Virus record (IMG/VR): IMGVR_UViG_3300044769_000253
Coordinates: 15,549-79,548 of that record
Strand: one strand, 5' to 3'
Length of the DNA: 64,000 nt
Source of the DNA: a virus
Under the pieces are notes generated by a model. It saw only the letters and a program-made list of their open reading frames with translations, was not told the DNA's origin and did not search any database. A program made the translations under genes and the position numbers. The first letter of the stretch is position 1; each line of letters opens with the position of its first letter. Of this stretch, positions 56,756-64,000 are shown piece by piece.

Positions 56756-57609
56756 CAATGCAAGGACTTACTCGTCTGATCGGTTCGCAAAAAGCCTGGG
56801 TCGTGGCCATCGCGATCATCGCCGCAACGGTGCTGGCTGCTCTCGGTCGCATCACTGGCGAGCAAGCACTTGACCTCGCCAAGTGGTGCACTATCACCGC
56901 CGCTGCGCCATTCGCAGCGGCGGGCTCGGGCGTCGAGCGCTTCAACTCCTCCGGCTCAGCAGCCCTCTCGGCATTTGCTGCAGCGGGTAGCGCTGCACTG
57001 GAGTTCTCCGGCTCCGGCACCGCCGCTCTGGCGCCTTTCGCATGCACCGCGATCGGTGCACTAGCGAACAACATCGGTAGTGGTTCGGCAGCTCTGAGCT
57101 CCTTTGCCGCCAGCGCGTCTGGATCCGAGCGGTTCTCCGGGAGCGGAGAGGCGGCCCTCGTCAGCTTCGCCGCCACCTCCGCTGGCATCGAGCGCTTCAG
57201 CGCTTCAGCGTCGGCCGCCCTCACTCCTTTTGCCTGCTCGGCGAGCGGTGGTGAGCGGTTCGTCGCAACCGCAACCGCAGCGCTCTCAATCGACCAGGGC
57301 TCGACATTCCGAGCCACCATCTCGTTCTTCGACGAGCTCGGCGCGAGCATTGATCTCACTGGTGCTTCGGCTCAGCTGCAGATTCGTAGAACGATCCGCA
57401 GCTCGGACGCCCTCGTTCAAGCCGACACCACGAACGGCAAGCTCGTGATCGACGAGGCTGCGGGCACGATCGAACTGGTGCTGTCGTCGGCTGATACCGA
57501 CATGCTCACATCGAGCGGCGTTTACTCGCTCGAGATCACCTATGCAACCGGCGAGCCGCGCAACGAGTTGAGCGGAGCAATCCACGTCAACCCAAGGATC
57601 GTGCGATGA
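56752..57609 (+). CDS. tripartite chimera: TM N-terminus, Ala/Ser fibre repeats, QG.TF adaptor domain
   Basis: About six ERF..SG.AAL..FA repeats; C-terminus paralogous to 58109-58456. Confidence 0.55.
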   Translation: MTMQGLTRLIGSQKAWVVAIAIIAATVLAALGRITGEQALDLAKWCTITAAAPFAAAGSGVERFNSSGSAALSAFAAAGSAALEFSGSGTAALAPFACTAIGALANNIGSGSAALSSFAASASGSERFSGSGEAALVSFAATSAGIERFSASASAALTPFACSASGGERFVATATAALSIDQGSTFRATISFFDELGASIDLTGASAQLQIRRTIRSSDALVQADTTNGKLVIDEAAGTIELVLSSADTDMLTSSGVYSLEITYATGEPRNELSGAIHVNPRIVR

Positions 57610-58109
57610 CAGAAACTCGTGTCGTTGTGGTAGGCACGCAAGGCCCGCCCGGACCTGGAGGTCCGATTCGTCAGTGCGTCGGCTCCATGCTGACCGGCAG
57701 CCTGACGATGGACAACGCCGGCTACACCAACGTCCTGCTCGAGGACGCCGGGTCGAACCTCAACGCGACACTACCCCAGGCAAGGCTCAGTTCGTCGAGC
57801 CTGAGGGTAAGCATCACGGCCAACCTCAAGGTGACCAGTTCGCCACCTGGAGTCTGCCGGATCCGGTGCCTGATCGACGGGCAGGAAATCACCAACGGGA
57901 CCGGCAAGGCGTTGGAGGGGAGGATTGAGCTGTCGGACACGGACGACACGTCGTTCGCCCTGGTTGCTCTACTGCCACCCGGCATCCTGCCCGCGGCCGC
58001 AGCCCACGTGATCCAGCCCCAGGTCTACACGCTCGAGTCGCAGATCAACTTCGATTCGGACGCCGGCGAGGGAGGCTTCTGGCTGGTGGTCGAGGAGATC
58101 GTCGCCTGA
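57606..58109 (+). CDS. short fibre-associated protein
   Basis: VVVVGTQGPPG start; beta-rich. Confidence 0.5.
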   Translation: MTETRVVVVGTQGPPGPGGPIRQCVGSMLTGSLTMDNAGYTNVLLEDAGSNLNATLPQARLSSSSLRVSITANLKVTSSPPGVCRIRCLIDGQEITNGTGKALEGRIELSDTDDTSFALVALLPPGILPAAAAHVIQPQVYTLESQINFDSDAGEGGFWLVVEEIVA

Positions 58110-58456
58110 TGTCCGCCGGAATCTTCCACCTGAAGATCGAGCAGGGAGCGGACTTCGAGGAGTCGTTCCAATTCCTCGATGATGCCGAAGAGCCGCTCGA
58201 CTTCACCGACTGCACAGCTCGGATGCAGATTCGTGAAACACTCAGCGATGCAGAGTCACTACTTTCGCTCACGACAGAAAACGGTCGCCTCATCGTCGAT
58301 GAGCCATCGGGAACGATCACCATGCAGCTGACCGCTACCACGACTGCGAGTCTTGCGTCTGGTGGCGTGTACGATCTTGAAGCCGTCTTCCCGGACGGCG
58401 AAGTGCAACGACTGCTCAAAGGGCTGGCGGCGCTGGACAAAGAGGTGACCCGTTGA
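58109..58456 (+). CDS. tail adaptor protein (L.I.QGA.F family)
   Basis: LKIEQGADF...D.T...ARMQIR...LTTENG. Confidence 0.6.
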   Translation: MSAGIFHLKIEQGADFEESFQFLDDAEEPLDFTDCTARMQIRETLSDAESLLSLTTENGRLIVDEPSGTITMQLTATTTASLASGGVYDLEAVFPDGEVQRLLKGLAALDKEVTR

Positions 58457-59970
58457 CTGCTCCACACATCATCCGGGTGGGGAACGTTGGGATCTCCAAG
58501 CTTCGCACCGTGACGGATCAAGCAGGCCTCCTCACGCTGCCGTCGCGAGTGCGCCAGTGCGCGTTCGTGGAAACCTATCGAAGCCTGTTTCGCTGGGCGG
58601 TGGACTCCGCGCTGACGCCGGTGGCCGGCGAGGTCGTGCAGGATGTGGGAGGGCAGTGGATCAGGCTGCCGATGCCAGATCTGACCTGGGCAATGCAGTC
58701 GGCGTGGTTCATCGACCCGACTACCGGCGACGACGAGAACGTCGGCAGCACGAGCGTTACGGCGATCAAGACCGCAGCCGAGATCCGGCGCCGGCTCTTT
58801 GATGCCACCCTGAACCAAACCACCACAGTCTCGGTCCTGGGGGATTTGCCGGAATACTTCCGTCTACGGTGCTCGATCGCAAATAGCGCCGTCGCTCCGC
58901 GTCGCCTCGTCATCAAGGGCGACTCGACGGCCTGGACAACGCTCGTGACGAGCAACGTGGCCGGGATCACGGGTGTCACCGCGATCAACCGAGCGACGAA
59001 CATTCCCACATCGATCACAGACGCAAACCTGCTCACGGACCCGGCGACGTTCCTGCGCAAACGCATCCGCCTAACGAGTGGCGCAAACACCAACGCGACC
59101 GCATGGGTGCTCAAGAAGATTTCAGCCACCGAGTTTCGCACCACGGCGTTTTCCGCCGCGGTCGATCCCGCGACCATCGTCGGTCTGCTGGGCGTCATCA
59201 CGCCAGCCGTGGGCGACCGCTACGTGATAGAGGACATCGTCGGTGTCAAAGGCTTCGAAGTCGAAGTGCGGCGCCTCGATGTGCAGGATGCGGGGGGCGC
59301 TGCTGACTCCACGGCGGTCTGCGCGGACAGCTTCGACGTGCAGAAGAACGAGACGACCACCGCGACACAGCTGGACGGGAACGTCTACATCGACGTCTTC
59401 AACACTGGCGCGACGATCGTGCCCCAGTTCACGCGATCCAAGATGCACGCGAACATGGTTGCTGGTCCACGCTTGGCGCTGACTGGTTGTCTGCTCTCGG
59501 TGCCGAGCGGATCATCTGTCCATGTTAGCGCGTTCACCATGAACGCTGGCGGAGCAGTTGCGGAGGGTGGTACGCCGACTTTGCAGTATTCACCAACGCA
59601 GGGCGGGGCGTTCGTCGGTGGGGATTGGACCAGTCAGGGTGTCAGGTTCAGCGTCAGTTCAACCCTGAGAATTACCTCAGGCACGGGAATGGCGATCTTC
59701 GATGCAGCAACCCCCGCTCTGGACGTTGGGACGTTTTACCCGGGAGGGAACGTGAGCGCGGGCAGTCCGCTTTATGGGGCAGGGAATACCGGCGTTGGGG
59801 TCGCGGTCGCGTCGGCGCATCTCTACCAATACAGCACCGCGGGCAACAAGCCGACGATCACCGGCTCGACGCCAGGTACCAACGACGCCACCGTCGGCGG
59901 AGTGAACAAGGCGTGGAGCGCAATCCCGTTCACGGACACCGCCAAGATGTGCGGGATCGTGGTCGTCTGA
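58453..59970 (+). CDS. tail fibre/spike protein, 505 aa
   Basis: DPTTGDDEN.G...A.KT head motif; Thr/Ala/Gly-rich. Confidence 0.65.
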   Translation: MTAPHIIRVGNVGISKLRTVTDQAGLLTLPSRVRQCAFVETYRSLFRWAVDSALTPVAGEVVQDVGGQWIRLPMPDLTWAMQSAWFIDPTTGDDENVGSTSVTAIKTAAEIRRRLFDATLNQTTTVSVLGDLPEYFRLRCSIANSAVAPRRLVIKGDSTAWTTLVTSNVAGITGVTAINRATNIPTSITDANLLTDPATFLRKRIRLTSGANTNATAWVLKKISATEFRTTAFSAAVDPATIVGLLGVITPAVGDRYVIEDIVGVKGFEVEVRRLDVQDAGGAADSTAVCADSFDVQKNETTTATQLDGNVYIDVFNTGATIVPQFTRSKMHANMVAGPRLALTGCLLSVPSGSSVHVSAFTMNAGGAVAEGGTPTLQYSPTQGGAFVGGDWTSQGVRFSVSSTLRITSGTGMAIFDAATPALDVGTFYPGGNVSAGSPLYGAGNTGVGVAVASAHLYQYSTAGNKPTITGSTPGTNDATVGGVNKAWSAIPFTDTAKMCGIVVV

Positions 59971-59979
59971 AGGAGCCCG

Positions 59980-60246
59980 ATGAACACCATGTTGTGGCTG
60001 AGTTCGCTACACCCGGCGGTGCCTTGGGCGCTCCTCACACTCGCGCTCTGGCTCGCGCAGTGGGGCCAACGTCGTTGGCTACCCACGCTCTGGGAACGCG
60101 CGGCAAACGTGCCCTTCGGCGGCGCCGCGCTCGGGCCACTGCTCACGCTCGTCCGCAAGGTCTGGCAGGGACTGCCGTCGGTGCTGGTCGGAGCGCTGGC
60201 GGGCGCGCTACTGGACCACTCTGACCCGCGAGCCGCTCGCGGTTAG
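59980..60246 (+). CDS. holin-like TM protein, probably truncated
   Basis: AAGGAG RBS; hydrophobic helices; collides with an antisense HNH remnant. Confidence 0.45.
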   Translation: MNTMLWLSSLHPAVPWALLTLALWLAQWGQRRWLPTLWERAANVPFGGAALGPLLTLVRKVWQGLPSVLVGALAGALLDHSDPRAARG

Positions 60247-60517
60247 TGCCAAGAAACAGGTGCGCTGGGTTGCAGCACCTCGGTCGATCACACTTGTGAC
60301 AAACCTGCTTCGAACCAGCAGGTGCGCCATGGGCAAGCATCCATGCGAAGCGGTGAGCATCTTCCACGTGACGCTGCGGTCCAGGCATCCGAAACGCCCC
60401 GTATCCCTTGCCTCGCAGCGCCGCGATCCAGTCCCAACACGGTCCGAGTTCCGCGGACATAACCGGGCCGTTCTTATCGACCTTGCTCCAGAACCGTGCA
60501 ATCGTCTTCTCGTCCAT
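60245..60517 (-). pseudogene. HNH homing endonuclease fragment
   Basis: RFWSKV.K, CWDW, GYG, AHR.AW, VCHKCD...CCNP.HL.LGT, then loses homology. Confidence 0.75.
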
Positions 60518-60590
60518 GAGCTAACTCCTCGTGGGCCGGGCCTCGGTCGTGTAGAAGCGACGCGGGGCCAACTGTTGGAGGCAGCATAGC

Positions 60591-61346
60591 ATGGCCTCCA
60601 ATTGGTTGCACGGCATCGACGTCTCACACTGGCAGCAGCCCGCGCTTGTCCCCTGGGACACGATCGCTGCATCGTCCAAGTTCGTGATCGTCAAAGCGTC
60701 CGATGGCATCGGTCGCGATCAGGCTTGCGCCGAGCACGTCCGCTGCGCGCGCGACGTCGGATTGACGGTCGGGCTGTACCACTTTTTCCGCGATACGCTC
60801 CCAGTGCAGTCGCAACTCGAAGTGTTCGGCTCCGTCGCCGACGCCTGCGAGCTGGCACCCGGCGACCTGCTCCCGTGCCTCGACGTCGAGGACTACCCGG
60901 GACACGCGATCGGTCCGCACACGAGCGAGCCCGCCGAGGAATGGTGCGAGAGCGCGACGAACACGTGGGGAAGCGCCGTGGTCTACACCTCGCAGCGCGA
61001 CTGGGGCCGCATGGGCGGACCAGCGTGGGTGCTCGCGTATCCGCTCTGGATAGCGCACTACCCAGGCAAGGAGCGACCGGCTCCAGCGACGCCCGACCAC
61101 CGGCCGTTTCGGATCTGGCAGTACAACGGCACCGCCGCGTACGGTCCTGGGCAGTGGAAGGTTCATCGTCCGGCGCAACGCAACGCCATCGACATGAACT
61201 GGGCGATCGACCCGCTGCCGTTGATCGCGGAGCCGGGACAGGTTGCGGTGGAGCCCGAGCCGTATCGTCCGGAGCCGGCGTTTCTGACCGCTGTTGACTG
61301 GGACGAGCTTCGCGCCGCACGTGACGCGGCCATCAAAGGAGAATGA
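60591..61346 (+). CDS. GH25 lysozyme endolysin
   Basis: GIDVSHWQ, KASDG, GLYHF, LDVE, LWIAHY, WQY, DMN. Confidence 0.92.
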   Translation: MASNWLHGIDVSHWQQPALVPWDTIAASSKFVIVKASDGIGRDQACAEHVRCARDVGLTVGLYHFFRDTLPVQSQLEVFGSVADACELAPGDLLPCLDVEDYPGHAIGPHTSEPAEEWCESATNTWGSAVVYTSQRDWGRMGGPAWVLAYPLWIAHYPGKERPAPATPDHRPFRIWQYNGTAAYGPGQWKVHRPAQRNAIDMNWAIDPLPLIAEPGQVAVEPEPYRPEPAFLTAVDWDELRAARDAAIKGE

Positions 61347-61612
61347 ACATGGTCCGATGCAAGATGCGAGTCACCGAAGTCAGCAGCAGAACCTCCGCCA
61401 GCTACAGCGACGCGCTGCCGATCGCGGTGCAGTGCGTGAAGCTCGCTGCGGTCTCCGACCCGGCCAACAAGTCGTGGGCGACTGCGACTCCGTGCGGGAC
61501 GGTCGAGTTGCAGATCAACAACCCGGAAGCGTTCGACCAGCTCAAGGTCGGCGCGTACTTCTTCGTGGACTTCACCCCGGCTCCGGCGAAGGAATCGGAC
61601 GAGACCAAGTGA
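61343..61612 (+). CDS. small conserved-looking phage protein
   Basis: VRCKM.V, W.TATP.G.VEL.I.NP, FFVDFTPA. Confidence 0.6.
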   Translation: MNMVRCKMRVTEVSSRTSASYSDALPIAVQCVKLAAVSDPANKSWATATPCGTVELQINNPEAFDQLKVGAYFFVDFTPAPAKESDETK

Positions 61613-61797
61613 ACACCGAGGAGGTGCGCCAGCGTCTGCTCGCCATTCACGATTTGGCGAGCGCACGCCTCTGCAACCCGCTCGACGGTGAGAGTGTCAT
61701 CCGCGATCTGCGCGAGATCGAGCGCATCTCTCGCGAGACGTACGCCGCGCTCGCGCCCGACACTGACACGGAACCGCCGACACCGAGGAACACGTGA
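61609..61797 (+). CDS. small hypothetical protein
   Basis: GTGA coupling. Confidence 0.4.
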   Translation: MNTEEVRQRLLAIHDLASARLCNPLDGESVIRDLREIERISRETYAALAPDTDTEPPTPRNT

Positions 61798-62246
61798 GCG
61801 ACCCAAACGACCCGACCGACTACCCGACGCCACGCCCGCGCGACCGCGTGCCACCGAGCATCGATGAGCAGGTCGCTGCGGTGCGATCACGCGATACCGA
61901 TCCGGCTCCGGCGGTGCACGAGACGAGCGAGCCGGTCGACGTCGTTGCGGCGCTAGCCAACATGATGGCAACGCACGAGGTGAGCGAGCGCGCGGATCTT
62001 GAGGCGCGCGAGTCACGCTACGATCGCAAGCTCAGTGAGCATCACGACCGCCTGGTCGTCTCGTTCCGCAAGGAGGCCGAGAAACTCACCCGCCCTTTTC
62101 TCGAGCGGTACGACGCATGGCGCAAGGGTGAGAGCTCCCGCATCGACGCGCTAACGGTGCGCGTCGACAACTTCGAGCGGGAGACGATGCGCCAGCTGGC
62201 AGACGTGCGCCAGCAGCTGGACGCGCTCATCGGAGACGCGAAGTGA
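61794..62246 (+). CDS. coiled-coil hypothetical protein
   Basis: GTGA coupling. Confidence 0.5.
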   Translation: MSDPNDPTDYPTPRPRDRVPPSIDEQVAAVRSRDTDPAPAVHETSEPVDVVAALANMMATHEVSERADLEARESRYDRKLSEHHDRLVVSFRKEAEKLTRPFLERYDAWRKGESSRIDALTVRVDNFERETMRQLADVRQQLDALIGDAK

Positions 62247-62710
62247 CCGACCCGCTCAAGCCACTCAAGCAGCTCCCCGGCGTGCCGCGACGGTTCACTC
62301 GTGCCGCGTCCGACCCGCCGGCTCCCGATTCGCTGCCGCCCGACACGACGCGGGATCCTCCGGTGGTCACGATTCGGAGCCGCGGCGGAATGGTCAAGGT
62401 GGCGCTCACGTCGTCAGTCATCTCCGCGCTCGTTGGGTTCGGCGGGTCGATGATGGCGCAGCCGCACGTCGACGTGTCGCGCATGGAGAGGAAACTCGAC
62501 CAGCTCGACAGCAAGTTCGGCACGCTGGACGACAAGGTCACCGACGGATTCCAAGCGATCGGAAAGCGCCAGACCGAAGACTCGGACCGGTACGCCAACG
62601 CGATCTACGACACCAAGCTGGTCAACGTCGCGCAGACCAGCGAGATCGCGCGCGTCGGAGACCAGTACATGGAGCTGGCGCGGCGGATCGAACTGGTGGA
62701 GCGACGATGA
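62243..62710 (+). CDS. single-TM coiled-coil protein (lysis module)
   Basis: TM VALTSSVISALVGFGG followed by coiled coil. Confidence 0.55.
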   Translation: MTDPLKPLKQLPGVPRRFTRAASDPPAPDSLPPDTTRDPPVVTIRSRGGMVKVALTSSVISALVGFGGSMMAQPHVDVSRMERKLDQLDSKFGTLDDKVTDGFQAIGKRQTEDSDRYANAIYDTKLVNVAQTSEIARVGDQYMELARRIELVERR

Positions 62711-62819
62711 GATCGGAATCCGACATCCGCGACCGGCTCGCCATGGAGCTCATGGGCGCGACCACGCACGAGTCTCCGTCGCCAACGGAGAGTCCGCCGA
62801 GTGGGAACGGAGCCAGCGA

Positions 62820-63188
62820 ATGAGCCGCTTCCTTGCCGTCCTGAACCTCGCCATCGTCGCCGCGATCGTTGTGATGTTCGCGTTGGTCAAGCGGGACCTG
62901 CACGCGCGCGACGTACGAATCGCGAAGGCAGAAGCGGCAATCGTCGGGTGGCAGATGCAGGTGGAAAACGTCCCCATGTCAGAGGCTCAGCGCGCAAGTC
63001 TGCACCGTTGGGATCGGCTCCAAACCGCCGCCGAAGAACAGCTCGACGATGCCGAGAAGCGCTGCCTCGCGATGGGACAAATCCCGATCACGGTCGATCC
63101 CAAGCACGGCTGGAACAAGGTCGTGTGTCTGCAGGCTCCGAGCGTGGCGTTCGAGCTCCAGCCAGAGTGGCCCAAGTGGCCCAAATGA
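62820..63188 (+). CDS. N-terminal TM plus coiled coil, spanin-like
   Basis: FLAVLNLAIVAAIVVMFALV. Confidence 0.5.
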   Translation: MSRFLAVLNLAIVAAIVVMFALVKRDLHARDVRIAKAEAAIVGWQMQVENVPMSEAQRASLHRWDRLQTAAEEQLDDAEKRCLAMGQIPITVDPKHGWNKVVCLQAPSVAFELQPEWPKWPK

Positions 63189-63904
63189 GACACGTTCCCG
63201 CCATCCTGCTGGTCCTGGTCGCCGCGCTCTGCGCCGTGCTGGCCAGGGCTGCTGAGCCGTTGACCCTGACCGAGCGGATCGCCCGCGTGCTCCTCGCCCA
63301 GCAGCGTCACGTCAGCGACGTCGACGAGGACCCGCGCGCCCGGGAGGCCAGGCTCAGGGAAGTCGCGGCGTCGGTCTCCTCTGCCGTCCAGCACGCCACC
63401 TGCGCTGGAGCTTGGGCTCGCCCGACGCCGTGTCGACGCATCTGGCCGGGGTCGCAGCTCGAGCTCGCAGCTGCGCTCCTGGCGCTCGGGTGGCACGAGG
63501 CCTACTGGGCCGGCTACGTCGGTCGCGACGAGTGTCATCTGGGACCGGTCGGAGCCCGGTGCGACCAAGACCCCAAGACCGGACTGCCTCGAGCACGTTC
63601 GTACTGGCAGCTCTGGGCGGTAGCGGCGCCCGATCTCCACGCGTTGCCCCTCGGTGATCCTGCCGCAATCCGTGTCGCCGCCTGGGCCGCCGCTCGTCAC
63701 CTGGCCGGGGCCGCGAATTTCTGCACGAATGCAGGGGAACCGACCGACTGGGCTGGGGCCTTTGGTCGCTACGGCGCCCGAGGATGTGCATGGAGGGGTG
63801 GCATCGCGCGCGCCCGCACCATGGAGCGGCTGCAGGCCGCGCTACGTCGCGCCCGCACGACGCCCGACCCGAACGTGATCCCCGCGGCCGCGAGCGAATC
63901 CTGA
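63185..63904 (+). CDS. secreted protein, possible lysozyme/lytic-transglycosylase fold
   Basis: Signal peptide; LALGWHE, GxxQ-like RSYWQL, RYG. Confidence 0.45.
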   Translation: MRHVPAILLVLVAALCAVLARAAEPLTLTERIARVLLAQQRHVSDVDEDPRAREARLREVAASVSSAVQHATCAGAWARPTPCRRIWPGSQLELAAALLALGWHEAYWAGYVGRDECHLGPVGARCDQDPKTGLPRARSYWQLWAVAAPDLHALPLGDPAAIRVAAWAAARHLAGAANFCTNAGEPTDWAGAFGRYGARGCAWRGGIARARTMERLQAALRRARTTPDPNVIPAAASES

Positions 63905-63911
63905 GCAGCCC

Positions 63912-64000
63912 ATGGCGAACACAAAGAGCAAAATCGCAGTGGTTCCCGCCGGAGAGGAGACCTCTGCCGCCGTATGGGTGGACATCGGTCAGCTTCGCCC
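63912..64000 (+). CDS. N-terminus of a gene running off the window, possibly ParB-like
   Basis: ATG 63912; WVDIGQLRP. Confidence 0.35.
   Translation, partial: MANTKSKIAVVPAGEETSAAVWVDIGQLR

Noticed and set aside
1-64000. Integrase, Mu transposase, cas1/cas2, rRNA
   Set aside because: No supporting motifs found; Mu-like similarity is limited to virion genes, and the lifestyle cannot be fixed from this window

Overview
A high-GC, tightly packed segment of a myovirus-type phage or prophage; the Cys-rich lipoproteins suggest a myxobacterial-type host (inference only). No integrase is visible. Layout: (1) 1-26 kb, early/replication/DNA-modification genes (DUF1643, HerA-like ATPase, DUF4326, SNF2 and SF2 helicases, two adenine MTases, RusA-like, lone DnaA domain IV, initiator with iteron-like repeats plus helicase loader), interrupted by a solo-TnpB IS200/IS605 element and an IS1595-family element with a passenger gene; (2) 26-46 kb, TerS/TerL, Mu-like portal, protease, capsid, contractile sheath, tape measure and baseplate; (3) 46.5-50 kb, a mostly antisense mosaic of gene fragments; (4) 50-64 kb, baseplate wedge, chimeric tail fibre genes and lysis (GH25 endolysin). 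The standout is at 21-23.8 kb: a 753-aa Cas12m (type V-M/V-U1)-like effector with a broken RuvC site (Asp to Arg) and no C-terminal zinc finger or RuvC-III. It is followed by a 7-repeat, 6-spacer CRISPR mini-array, has no cas1/cas2 in the window, and overlaps an upstream SF2 helicase. This looks like a phage-borne RNA-guided DNA-binding/silencing system. A second oddity is that two early-region ORFs carry copies of late-gene segments (53 aa of the TerL ATPase; 17 aa of a head-region protein) differing only at synonymous positions. All family assignments are by-eye motif recognition; no database searches were run.
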